A stretch of DNA of 63,655 nt from Octopus bimaculoides (GCF_001194135.2 NC_068991.1:49063295-49126949), one strand, 5' to 3'. Positions 13,811 to 27,034 are shown, counted from the stretch's first letter. The notes: generated from the sequence alone by a model not told the origin. Numbers and translations are program-made.

Positions 13811-14373
13811 CAGCACTAAGAACGATCATAAATTTATCAATCAACAGCTAAAGTTTTGTTACTTTTCATCTTTAATATTAGAAATAATATGTATATTCCA
13901 TAAATAAACATTTTTTTAATAAAAATTCATCCATCATACATTTTTAGAACTTTGTTAGATGCAAGTGAGATGCTATTTGGAGATTTAAAAACTAAAATTA
14001 TTGATAATTCTGCTTTTGAAGGTTATTGGAACCGACGGTGCATTGAGATTATTTTAATCAATTATATTCCATTCCGCTAAGTTTTTAATTTAATGTTAAC
14101 CATTAAGCAATAATGAAAAATCAAGTCATTCCCGTTATTGTTGTTGTTGTTGCTGCTGCTGCCGCTGTTGCTCGTGTTCTTGTTTGTGTTGCCGTTGTTG
14201 TTGCTTACAAAGAATACTGTATCCTTTTCCTCATAGTTTTGCGTCATAACTTATTAAAAAATGTTATCTTCGAGTTTTCCTCAAACATTTTACTTTACAT
14301 AAGTCGGAACAGATCAGGCAGGTTAAAACAATAAACACACAAACTGGTAAATAAATAAACGCAGTGTTTAAAG

Positions 14374-14528
14374 ACGCATGCGTAGGTGAAGTTTGCATCC
14401 CAACCACATAGTTCCGGGCTCAGTCCCACTGCATGGTACATTGGGCATGTATCTTCTACTAAAAGCTTCGGGCCGGCCGAAGCCTTGTGAGTGGATTTGA
14501 CTGACGTAAACTGAAAGAAGCCTGTCGT
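14374..14528 (+). mobile_element. SINE family A copy
   Basis: CCCAACCACATAGTTCCGGGCTCAGTCCCACTGCATGGTAC...GAAAGAAGCCTGTCG. Confidence 0.8.
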
Positions 14529-14726
14529 ATGTATATATATATATATATATATACAAATAATAAATGAGTATAGGCATATATACGTACATGTATGTACATA
14601 CCTACATCTACCTGTACATATAGATGCATATCTGGGTACAGGACGTTGCAAACAAAACGTAGACAAAATGATAAACAGAGTACAGAAAACATACAAGCCA
14701 CATAGAGAACATATATATATATATAT

Positions 14727-14810
<84 letters not shown>

Positions 14811-15481
14811 CTGTGTTTGTCCCTTCGGTACGCCGCTGCTTGACAACCAGTACGAGTGAGTAATGTTAGTTGTATCAACCATACAATTTCATCCACATGT
14901 TTGAGCGCCATCGACGAAGTCTGTACTCTGTTAGAAAAGGCAACCAAAATTGTCTTGAATCACCCGGCTGAAGGAAACCAAATTGTTTGATGAAATACTA
15001 GTCAACGGATGGCGTACGGTTTCATTATTTTTACTGAAATCGGCTGCTGCAGTTTTTACTGTTGGATTGGTGCGCTATTTCCCGCAGAAGTTTGATACGG
15101 AACCCAAACAATTGAGAGAAACCAGTTAAAATCGGTTACGGTTGACAAGAAACCGCAGATGAAATCCTTCGGTTTGTGAAAACTAATTCTGCCCTCGTTG
15201 CCCCATCTCAGGAGAAGCGTACAGGCTAAGAGGCGAAACGCATGTCACCCTGAAATAGCTGCTGTTGCTGCAGAAGAGTTTACAACACCGTGATTGCTTT
15301 AGTCAGCACCTGAAGAAATTGCAATACGTCTGTGTGGCTCCTACAACTTCTGCGAGTGCAAAGTGTTTCCGATGTCTATTTCGCCCATATACTTTTATAC
15401 TTGTTTTAGTCAGTAGAGTATAGTCATGCTGGAGCACTTCCTTTAGTCGAGCAAATCACCCTCATTATTATTACACAAACA

Positions 15482-15509
<28 letters not shown>

Positions 15510-15512
<3 letters not shown>

Positions 15513-15746
15513 ACAAAAATTTTATAATTATAAGCATAATTATAATTAGGGTTCAGCAAAATTGCTTCTCCATATACCGAAATTTAGAAATAGCAGTTTA
15601 ATACTATTCCACTAGCATAATATCTGGGAGATATATTATGGTAGTGGAATAGTATTTAACTGCTATTTCTAAATTTCGGTATGTGTTGAAGCAATTTTGC
15701 TGAGCCCTAATTATAATTATACTTATAATTATAAATTTTTTGTATA
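15510..15746. mobile_element. Fold-back (long palindromic) MITE-like element
   Basis: About 115-bp arms TATACAAAAATTTTATAATTATAAG...AATATCT / AGATAT...CTTATAATTATAAATTTTTTGTATA, with few mismatches, a tiny centre and TA at both ends. Confidence 0.8.
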
Positions 15747-16302
15747 AGTTTATCGATAATGGTTCTTTTAACATACCGAACTACTTGGTAAAATTATTAA
15801 TNNNNNNNNNNNNNNNNNNNNNNNNNNNNNNNNNNNNNNNNNNNNNNNNNNNNNNNNNNNNNNNNNNNNNNNNNNNNNNNNNNNNNNNNNNNNNNNNNNN
15901 NNNNNNNNNNNNNNNNNNNNNNNNNNNNNNNNNNNNNNNNNNNNNNNNNNNNNNNNNNNNNNNNNNNNNNNNNNNNNNNNNNNNNNNNNNNNNNNNNNNN
16001 NNNNNNNNNNNNNNNNNNNNNNNNNNNNNNNNNNNNNNNNNNNNNNNNNNNNNNNNNNNNNNNNNNNNNNNNNNNNNNNNNNNNNNNNNNNNNNNNNNNN
16101 NNNNNNNNNNNNNNNNNNNNNNNNNNNNNNNNNNNNNNNNNNNNNNNNNNNNNNNNNNNNNNNNNNNNNNNNNNNNNNNNNNNNNNNNNNNNNNNNNNNN
16201 NNNNNNNNTAGATATCAATAAAGCACTCGGTTGTAAAAGAATTGGGTTAATAATATCCAACTATTAGACATCGGTAAATGTAAGTGGAAAACAAATTCAA
16301 AG

Positions 16303-16341
<39 letters not shown>

Positions 16342-17158
16342 GACAAGTTTCTTTCAGTTACCATCTACCAAATCCACTCACAAGGCTTTGGACGGCACAG
16401 AGCTGTAATGAAACAGAATTACCCAACGTGCCGCACAGTAGGGCTGAACCCAAGGCGACATAGTTGGAAGGCAAGCTTCTCAACCACACAGCCATGCCTA
16501 TAAAGGAGAGATACATTTTGGATAATATACTCCTTGATACAATATGCTTAACAAAAGGTGGGATGGTTACAGCGAGAAGACCTTTGATTTTAATATTTAC
16601 TCGCGCAACGCAACAACTAACAACGCTATACCATACGGGGTGTTCCAAATCAACTATCTGCAAATTTAAAAAAAAATTAACAAAATTTTATATTTATTAC
16701 TTAATTATGATACCAAAACAAATAGATTTATATATCTTACGCCAAACTTTTATTGAAAAGTCTCAACATGTCTGTATCTCTGCACATTTCAAATCTTTAC
16801 TTAGCGTTGCGAAACACATTTTGAAGCATTTCAGGAGTTAGCTCCTGCGCTGCTAACTGAATGTGTTCTTTAAGCTCAGCTAAACGATTGCTCTATCTTG
16901 GGGATGGAAGTAAAGAAAATGATTGCTGCTAAATTGAAAAAAAAGCTGTAGTGGACAAATACGAGGGCTCCAACAGGAATGAAAATAAATTACAAAAAAA
17001 ATTATAAAAATTATAAAATTATAAACAAAATTCAAAATTTATACACTTTTAACACATATTAAACATAATACAGTTCTATATTTAAGAGATGAGGAATTAT
17101 TTACATTATTTACATTAACTACATTTGACGGATATTCGTCCTCATCTTGTTTGTTGTT

Positions 17159-17204
17159 AACACAACGTTTCGGCTGATATACCCTCCAGCCTTCGTCAGG
17201 TGTC
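17159..17204 (-). ncRNA. Minimal type I hammerhead ribozyme motif
   Basis: Minus strand GACAC-CTGACGA-A-GGCTG[gagggtatat]CAGCC-GAAACGT-T-GTGTT. Confidence 0.8.
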
Positions 17205-17517
17205 TTGGGGAAATTTCGAACCTGGGTTCTCATTCCTATCGATGTTACTATTATTATTATTATTATTATATTATTATTATTATTATTATTAATCAGGTCG
17301 CTGCCGTGAATCGAACTCTACGCCATATGCCCGTGGGCAATTATGGGGTGAATTTTAAGGCTTATAAATCTATTATTTTTCTATCCTTCCTCAATACCGG
17401 TTCCCATATGCTATTTTTATCTGCACTCGGTCTGCTTAGGAGGTTGTTGTGTCCTAGCATATGTGCTGCTTCTTTTAGTTTTCGTATTTTCCAGTGTTGA
17501 TTCACGGCAGCGACCTG

Positions 17518-17557
<40 letters not shown>

Positions 17558-17621
17558 TAATAATAATAATAATAATAGTAACATCGATAGGAATGAGAAC
17601 CCAGGTTCGAAATTTCCCCAA

Positions 17622-17667
17622 GACACCTGACGAAGGCTGGAGGGTATATCAGCCGAAACGTTGTGTT
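17622..17667 (+). ncRNA. Minimal type I hammerhead ribozyme motif
   Basis: GACAC-CTGACGA-A-GGCTG[gagggtatat]CAGCC-GAAACGT-T-GTGTT; palindromic ACGT helix III, GUU cleavage triplet. Confidence 0.8.
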
Positions 17668-18142
17668 AACAACAAACAAGATGAGGACGAATATCCGTCA
17701 AATGTTGATAATGTAAACATATTAAACATGATAAACATAAATAAAAGTGAGTTCTAAAGGAATTCGTCCGATTTCACTCAAATCATAATTAATTTTGGGA
17801 CAACTTGTATTTACTCATCCGACTAAACGTTACACTATATTTTACGTCGTCTTACTTTGGGTTGCAAGAGTTCTCTCCCTGGAATTATTACTACACCAAC
17901 GTTAAACTCACTATCATTTCAACTACCTTATTCAAAAGTAGCTAGCAAGTACAATTTTATTGATTCACGGGTTACAGTGTATTTCACATTGTGTCACAGG
18001 ATTTGTTACATGTTGTGCTACAGTATGTAATCTGATAACCTGATACATCGTTACAATCTCCCTACAAAACACGCTCGAATCATGATTCCAGCAGACGACC
18101 TTTGATCAATGATATTCTGGCCAGAACTATCACGTCTCTTTG

Positions 18143-18173
<31 letters not shown>

Positions 18174-18488
18174 NNNNNNNNNNTGTATAAATACACACAC
18201 ATATATACACACACATACATGCATAGATAGATGGATAATAGATAGATAGATAGATAGATGCATACATACATACATACATAGACAGACAGACAGACAGACA
18301 AACCCACACATGTACATACACGCACACACGCACACAATATATGTATATATACACACACGCATTTGCATATGTGTACATATACACAACGTGTGTGTGTGTG
18401 TGTGTGTTGATGTGTGTGTGTGTGTATGTGTGTGTGTTTGTGTGTGTGTATGTACGTGTGTGCGTGTGTGTGTGTGTATGTATGTGCG

Positions 18489-18533
<45 letters not shown>

Positions 18534-19039
18534 CCCCATAACCGCTTTGCTACCAGGTGTTGTTGTGTTTACGTCCCCGTAATCCAGCGGTTCGGTAAAA
18601 GAACGATAGAATGAGTATTAGGCTTTAAAAAAAAGTTCTGGGTTTGATTTGTTCGACTAAAACCTTTTAAGGTAAGGTGGTGCTCCAGCATGGCCACATC
18701 CAAATGACTGAAACAAGTAAAAAAAAAAAGAATATATTTATATATATACACGCACATATAAATACATACACATACATATGCGTATATGAGCACGTATGTA
18801 TGTATGTATGTGTTTTAGTCAGGAAGGTATGTTTATAACCCTTTAGAGAGCCTCCTGATGAAAGGGAGGGTGGAATAAATACCGCTAAACCTTTAGTCCA
18901 ACACTTTAATGATTCTGCCAGTTCAATGCCTGAGTAACTAATTTAGGTATATCAGAAGTACAATGTGAATGGGGTTTTTGGCTGCTGTTTTTAGCAGATC
19001 GAGAAACCTGTTAGATGCGTCAAAAGTTTACGATGAAGT

Positions 19040-19100
19040 TTAACGCATGCGTACTTACGTAAACATAAACTTCCTTCGTAAACATGGCTGACGTGGATTT
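19040..19100 (+). promoter_or_regulatory. Putative housekeeping-type proximal promoter / 5' UTR of YIPF6
   Basis: CpG-retaining patch with palindromic ACGCATGCGT (NRF1-like), ACTTCC (ETS-like), AACATGGC (YY1-like, overlapping the ATG) and TGACGT (CRE half-site-like). These are motif resemblances only. Confidence 0.4.
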
Positions 19101-19113
19101 TCACGGAGACCAA
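19084..19113 (+). CDS. YIPF6: YIPF6 coding exon 1 (MADVDFHGDQ), phase 0
   Basis: aaacATGGCT start context followed by CAA|gtaagt donor, in phase with exon 2. The peptide is too short to confirm by homology. Confidence 0.72.
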
Positions 19114-21917
19114 GTAAGTTAATTAGCCACACTAAAATGGACTAATTTAGCAAAAAAAAGTTTCTCCTTCCTGTTCAGACTGTCGTTTAGTTATGTTCTT
19201 TTTATGAGTTAACTAATGGCTGTTGGTTGACTGCTATAGTCGTAAACTTTTAACTAACAGCTCGCTACAGGGATTTCTTATATGTAGAGAAAGACAGACA
19301 GAGAGATGTTTCGTCTTTAGTGCTACCAAAGACGAAACATCACCATATATATATATGACTGAAATACTTAATAAAATGGACCTAATTGTTTGGGATACTG
19401 TGTATGTAACGTAAGACACCCCTAAAATTACGGTTTTTTTTTTAATCCTTGTTCATACATTTTCTCCTATCGCTTACTCAAAGAGTGAAGGAACGACAGT
19501 GCCGATAAAATTCCCACACACTAAGACTCTAGTAGGAAGGGAGAAAGTTCACAACCCGGGGATCTGGTGCTTGCAAAAGAGTGAAATCTATTAAAGACAC
19601 CCGAAGACTAGGTGATGGTGCTAAACCAGACGACGTAGTAAGTTTGCCACCCACACTCAGATCATAGAGAGTTAGTATAAATATCGCGACGTATTTTGTC
19701 CTACACTCCAATGCAGTGTTTCTCAACATTTTTTTTTTTTTTTTGTCCGATACACCGCTTCGTACACTCCAACCCGAACCTTGAGCAAAGTATATGACAT
19801 CTACTATGTTATTCAATAGAAGTTTTAATCAAAACTTTACTGTAAGTTTTGTTTACTTGTTACTTACGTCCCATTCTGAAATAATCCACCTTCTACAAAA
19901 GTATTGCCACACCTCACCAGTCCAGCATGCACTCCGCTTTGAGAAATATTCCTCTAATGCATCTGGCAATTCATCGTAAACTTTGTTTATACAACTGGTA
20001 CTAGTTTCAGTTTACTTAAAATATCACCTCAGCCTGTCGCAAGCTTGATTACAAGTGCATTTAATTTTTTCTCTTTTCATTACTTATTATATGGAATTGG
20101 TAGATTGGACGAAATGCCTTATAGTTGTTCGTGCACTTTACGTCCAAGTTGAAATTTCTCTTGGACCAATTTAGACTTTTATCTCTCTGGAATTGATAAA
20201 ATAAATGCCCGTTAAGTGCTAGATTTATTTAACCCGCCCAACAAAATTTCAACAAAATATCTATATAAGAAACATATTAGCTGGCAGAACCGTTAGTATG
20301 CCTGGCAAAGTGCTTCGTGGCATTTCGTCTTACATTCTGAGGTCAAATTCTGCTGAGTTTGGCTTTACCTTTCATCCTTTTTATAAGTACCAGTTGAGTA
20401 CTGGAGTTGATGTAATTAACTAGTCCCTTCCTACGAAATTGATGGCCTTGTGGCAAAATTTGAAACCATTATTATTATTATTAAGGCGGTGTGCTGGCAA
20501 AATTGTTAACATGCCAGACAAAATGTTTAGTAGCATTTCATTTGTATTTATATTTTGAGTTCAAATTCTGCCAAGGCTGGCTTTGCCTTTCATTCATTCA
20601 GGGTCAATAAAATAAGTACTAGTTGAGCACTGGGATTAATGTAATTGATTACACCCTCTCCCTAAATTTCANNNNNNNNNNTTCATCCTTTTGGGGGTCG
20701 ATCGCAAGGGGTTGATATAATCAACTTACTTTCCCTCCACTAAATTTGCTGTGCCAAGATTTCATTTTATGAGGTCAACTTTGCTTTTCATCCTTTTGGG
20801 GGTCGATCGCAAGGGGTTGATATAATCAACTTACTTTCCCTCCACTAAATTTGCTGTGCCAAGATTTCATTTTATGAGGTCAACTTTGCTTTTCATCCTT
20901 TTGGGGGTCGATCGCAAGGGGTTGATATAATCAACTTACTTCCCCTCCACTGAATTTGCTGTGCCAAGATTTCATTTTATGAGGTCAACTTTGCTTTTCA
21001 TCCNNNNNNNNNNGTGCCAAGATTTCATTTTATGAGGTCAACTTTGCTTTTCATCCTTTTGGGGGTCGATCGCAAGGGGTTGATATAATCAACTTACTTC
21101 CCCTCCACTGAATTTGCTGTGCCAAGATTTCATTTTATGAGGTCAACTTTGCTTTTCATCCTTTTGGGGTTCGATGAAATAAGTACCAGTTATGCACATG
21201 GGTTGATGTAATCGGTTAGTCCCCTCTCCCAAAATTTCAGGCCTTGTACCTATAGTAGAAAGGATTATTATTATTAGTTTATTTAATCCTAACTTTATTC
21301 TAACTTATTCCTTATTCTGCAAAACTGCTATTCCAGCATTTCACCAAACACATTCACTCCAATTTTGAAGTGGTTAATTATATACAGGAAAATTTAATTA
21401 CCTTTTATAGCAAATCCATGAAGTGTGTGTGGGTGCCCTTCTTGACTATTACATGGCAAGTTGCTTCATCATCATCAGTTGGCATGGAGCTATATTAGAA
21501 GACACTTACTTAAGGTGCCATGCTGCAAGACTGAACCCAAAACCATATGGTTGGGAAGCTAACTCACTAACCACACAACCACACCTCATCATAATTTAAC
21601 ATCCATTTCCCATGCTTTCATAAGTTAGATAGTTTGACCAGAGACGGTAAGCTGGTGAGCTGCACCAGGCTCCAGTCTGTTTTTCCCTGGTTTTCTAATG
21701 CCAACTACTCCACAGAGTGTACCGGGTGTCTTTTACATGTCACTGACAACCTGTGCCTGGTTATTTTAAATGGCTAGCATCTCATTCACAATATATTCCT
21801 AATCTCAGTAATATACCTTCATAAACAACATACATTTTGTTGTACAGCACAAGGTTTTATTGCAGTTAATTAAGAGTGTGAAAGAAATATGTGCTATCAT
21901 GTTTGTGTGTGTGTGTG

Positions 21918-21949
<32 letters not shown>

Positions 21950-22426
21950 CCTATTTGGACTTTGGTTATATGTCTATTAGTATTAAAGCACATTCTCTAT
22001 TTGGGCTACCTGATGTCATCCACAGTTATGATACAATTTTCAATGGATCTATGTCAGGAAATCTGAAGTGTTTGTTGAGTTTATAATTGTAAGAACGGAA
22101 GATGGATTTAGTATTAATCTTTATTCAGCATGACGATCGTTTTGACCCATCCAGCAGTTGTCCCCTAGGGGTAAGATATTGTGCATTTAGTTGTCTTGCA
22201 TCAATCAGTGCAGGCTATGTTACTTCAGGTGCTTGGTGTAAAAATATCTTGTGAGGGTATCCTTTTTTTTCACACCAAGCACTTGAAGTGACACACCCTA
22301 CACAGATTGATGCAACACAACTAGATGCACAATATACTACCCCTAAGGGGCAGCTGCAGGATGGGTTGAAACAATTGTTGTTCTGAATTAAGATTCATAC
22401 TAAATTTGCTTTACTTTTCCATCATC

Positions 22427-22460
<34 letters not shown>

Positions 22461-25400
22461 TGATGACTAACTTTTTGAGTTCTTACCAATCCTCTGTGAG
22501 AAAGATATAAATATATATATATGTATATATTCACTTGTTACCTTTACTCCTCTAGTGATATTTTAACAACTTTATCATGGGGTGAGGGAATAGAATTAAA
22601 GAAAACACAATTCAAGGTAGAATAGCTGTTAAAATCGCTCACAAGGAACCAATCTTAATTTGAAGAGAACACTTTCTAAAAAGCAAGTCGGATAGTTATT
22701 AGAGTTAGAAGTGGTTCTATAATCTTAAGGAATTATTTGTTTATCTTGTTGATATGCATGTGTGGCTGTATGATTTAGAACCTTGCTTCCCAACTATGTG
22801 CTCTTTGGTTCAATCCCACTATGTGGTACCTTCAGTGTCTTCTACTGGAGTTCCAGGTCAACTAATACCTTTTGAATGGTTGCATTAGACAGAAACTGAC
22901 ACTTGTCCCAAGGTGCCATTCAGTAGGGCTGAACCCAGAACCATGCAGTTGGGATACAAGCTTTTTACTGCACAGCCATGCCTGCACCTATATAATTCTT
23001 TCAAAACACCTCTCCATAGCAACCAATCATAAAAACCTAATTTCCATGCCACTCAAACCCACATACCCAAAGATGATTTTTGCTCAAAAGAGATTGTATA
23101 AGGGCTCCAATGCATCACAGCCTGATGATAGCTTAGCTGATCTAAACTTCAAAGTTACTGTCAACAACATTTTTGTTTAAGAATGATAAACTAGTACTCT
23201 TCAAAAGTATAGAGTAACTCATAAGATTAATGTAAGATTGTTTTTTATTATAACTGATCATAAAAACAAACATCTTATGTATAAATGGCAATTTCTGTCT
23301 TTCTGTTTGTTACCATCTTGCTACTTAAACCAGCAAGCCAATCTTCACAAAACTTAGCATACATGCTAAACTAACACCCATTTCAATAATAGGCTAATTG
23401 GATTTCAGTTTTGCCCTGGTTTCTACAGATTGAATGCCCTTCCTCTTGCCAACTACTCCACAGAGTGTACTGGGTGTCTTTTACATGTCACTGACATCTG
23501 TGCCTGGTTATTTTAAATGGCTAGCATCTCATTCATAATATATTCCTAATCTCAGTAATATACTATCATAAACAACATTCATTTCATTGTACAGCACAAG
23601 GTTTTATTGCAGTTAATTAAGAGTGTGAAAGAAATATGTGCTATCATGTTTGTGTGTGTGTGTATATATATATATGTAACTATTTGGACTAGTGGGGTTG
23701 GGCAAATTATACGATGAAAAAGGTGCAAAGAGTATTAGTGTGAGGGAAATGTGGCAGAGTGAGTGTGACTGACATCAGGGAAATGGAGAACAGCGACAAA
23801 TATGGAGCTGCAGTGGGATGAAGCGTTAATACAGCTGTCATATACACGTGCTTTCATAAATACACACACACACACATATGCACATAAGTAATTTTTAAAA
23901 CATCGAAGAGAGAGTGTGTAGGTAGCTTTTCTGCTGACCATCGCAAAGAAATACTCACACACAGACACACACATACATACATATACTTAAACTGTATACG
24001 TTTGTAAATGTATGTATGTGTGTATGTCACATTTGTAAATGTGTGTATGTCTGTCTCTACTTTTGTAGGGTCTTCCCTGTTGCTGTCACATTGTGAGATT
24101 TTAAAATTCCATCAAACTTTTCAAATTTGGTATATTCAAATAATTTTCCATGTTAAATCCGATTTTGCTATTCATTTATTGCAGAAAAATGTTACTGACG
24201 TTTAAAGTTTAATTAATTTTATCCAATCAGGAAACAGGATTTGGAAGTTGGCAAAACCATTACAAGCTGGAATTTTTATTAAACAAATAAAAGCAAAGCA
24301 TTACGGTGACCAAAGTTGTAAGAACATCTGAAGTTTGTGACACGGTCGAACAGACATGTAAATAATTTAAAAAGGAAAAACATCCTCAAGGAAGTTTTTT
24401 GGGGAAAAATTGCACAAATCTGTCCTGATCAAGAGGCTTCTCTGTCAGGAAAGACATGGTCTGACATGGCATAAACAAAAATTTATATAAGACATTCTAT
24501 TATAAAAATTGCCCAGCAACGATGGGCTATTCAGCTAGTTGATATATATGATGCACGTGTGGCTGTGTGGTAAGAAGCTTGTTTCCCAACCACATGGTTC
24601 CAGGTTCAATCCCACTATGTGGCACCTTAGGCAAATGTCTTCTACTGCAGCCCCGGGCCAATCAAAGCCTTGTAAGTGGATTTGGGAGACGGAAACTGGA
24701 AGAAGGCCATCATATATATATATGATGTTTGTGTTTGATTGCTCGACAATAGACATTGGTGTGTTTATGTCCCTGTAACTTTGTATTTCAGCAAAAGAGA
24801 ATAATAGATAAGTACCAGGCTTAACAAAAATAAGTACTGGGGTCCATTCATTCAACTATAAAAAGAAAGAAATATTGTTCAAGGTGATGCCCCAGCATGG
24901 CCGCAGTCTAATGACTGAAACAAGTAAAAGATAAAAGTTACACTCACACACACACATCAAACAGTAGACAGCTGTGTTTCTTAACATGAATCATATGACT
25001 TAAGCAGATAGCAAGCTAGACTGAGTCCTAAAAATAACACCATTTACACAATCATATTGATTACTACAAATGTCACCATTCACTTAATCATATTGTCTCT
25101 TGCAGATGTCACCATTAACTCAATATTGGAGTATTGTATCATTTCAGACATTCATAAAACTTACTCAGTGTATCTTTATCATAGTGGTACCTTGTATATT
25201 ACTTCACAATAGAGTTACCTTGAATATTCTATCTATGCGCCCTTTTCAAGCCTAGCCAGGCTCTTGGGCCCGGTTTCCCGGTTTCTATGGTGTATGTGTT
25301 CCCCCCAGCTGGACGGGACGCCAGTCCATCGCAGCGTTACTCAAGAAACAGTGAGAGAAAGTTGGGACGAAAGAGTACAACAGGGGTCGCCAACACCCCC

Positions 25401-26994
25401 TGCCGGAGCCTCGTGGAGCTTTAGGTGTTTTCACTCAATAAACACACACAACGCTCAGTCTGGGAATCGAAACCGCGATCCTCCAACTGCGAGTCCACTG
25501 CCCTAACCACTGGGCCATTGCGCCTCCATATATTGAATATTACTTCTGTAATATTAGCTGGTTAAAGTAACCTAAAATAGATGAAAACTTGGACTTATTA
25601 GTTCCCTGGTCTTACTGCCTGACACATACTACATCATTTTTACACTGACTGTCATTTCATGAGTTTTTTTTTTTTTTATTCCTTTAACGTCTGTCTTCCA
25701 TGCTGGCATAGGTTGGACAGTTTGATAGGAGCTAGCAAGCCAGAGAGCTGCACCAAGACCCATTTCCTGCTTTAGCACAGTTTTTACAGTTTGATGCCTT
25801 TACTAATGCCAACCACTTTACAGAGTATATTGGGTGTTTTTGTGTGGCACCAGCATTGGTGCTTTTTACCTGATACCAACACCAGTGGGGTTGCCATGTA
25901 ACTTGTGAGACAAAGGCCTCTCAGCTGGAAGAGGAAGTGGGACCGAGGGAAACGTCTTTGTGCCAGGTGAGAGGTTAGACTATAATAGAGGAATAGAGAT
26001 AGGTCGATTATAGAGGAGATACTTGGCTACCTCAGGAGGAAAAGGAAAGAGAGATAGTCAGACAGAGAGAGAGAGAAATTAATTTGCCAGAGGATGTTGG
26101 AATGTGTGGGTTATTATTTATATTAACTTGATCGTTGTGTTGTATGCTGTTGCTGAGAAAGTTCTCGCACATGGCTACGAAAAAGTTGTTATTGTAGGAC
26201 TAAGACACCTAAGTGAGTGGTACATTGCAGTCCCTATTAGGATTTCGGTCCTCTGTTGGAACTACTTTCATTTCCTCTTGTGATCTTTGTAGAAAAAGGT
26301 TTGAATATTCAACAGTAGTTAGCATTACCGAATTTACTGTTAGTCTGATGTTTGATATTTAAAAGTCCTATTAAGGCAGCGAGCTGGCAGAATCGTTAGC
26401 ACACTGGGCAAAATTCTTCGCGGCATTTCTTTTGTCTTTATGTTCTGAGTTCAAATTCCTCCGAGGTTGACTTTGCCTTTTATCCTTTCGGCGTCGATGA
26501 AATAAGTACCAGTTGAGCACTTACCTCCTCCCCTGAACTTGCTGGCTTTATGCCAAGTTTTGAAATCAGCATTAAAATGTCCTGCTAATTTATCCTTTCA
26601 GGATGATCTCAACGATGTACCTTTGGAAGGGGACATGACTGTACCTTTAACAGCCGGTGACGGGAACGATGATGAGTTATCTACCTTAGATGAGCCAGTA
26701 AAAGACACTGTGGTGAGTTTGCTTTTGTTACTCGTATGTGTGATGTGTTTTTTTGTTTCCAGTTGAGCGTTGGAAATTATTTATTACCGAATATTTGTTG
26801 AACACACCATCAGATGTGAAGTGAATGATATTTATAACACCTCTAATTTTATATTTATCCATATAATATTCAGCATCATATATTGATACGTTTGTTAGTT
26901 TTCTATGTCTATATATTTGTCAACATTATATATCTATATAGTCATCAACGTTTATAGACGTTTATATTTCCAATATTACATTTGTGTATGTCAG

Positions 26995-27034
<40 letters not shown>

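Larger units (their letters stand above)
17040..17720 (-). mobile_element. 5'-truncated Penelope-like element: GIY-YIG C-terminal tail, pseudo-LTR and inverted pLTR copy
   Basis: Inverted arms at about 17100-17320 and 17496-17720. The spacer encodes HWKIRKLKEAAHMLGHNNLLSRPSADKNSIWEPVL* on minus. Each arm carries a hammerhead. Confidence 0.8.

Noticed and set aside
20682-21175. Regular repeat array as a possible CRISPR
   Set aside because: Eukaryotic context, no unique spacers, and the units derive from a SINE
25237-25528. tRNA gene candidate on the minus strand
   Set aside because: It has A/B-box-like motifs but no complete cloverleaf and continues into a SINE body
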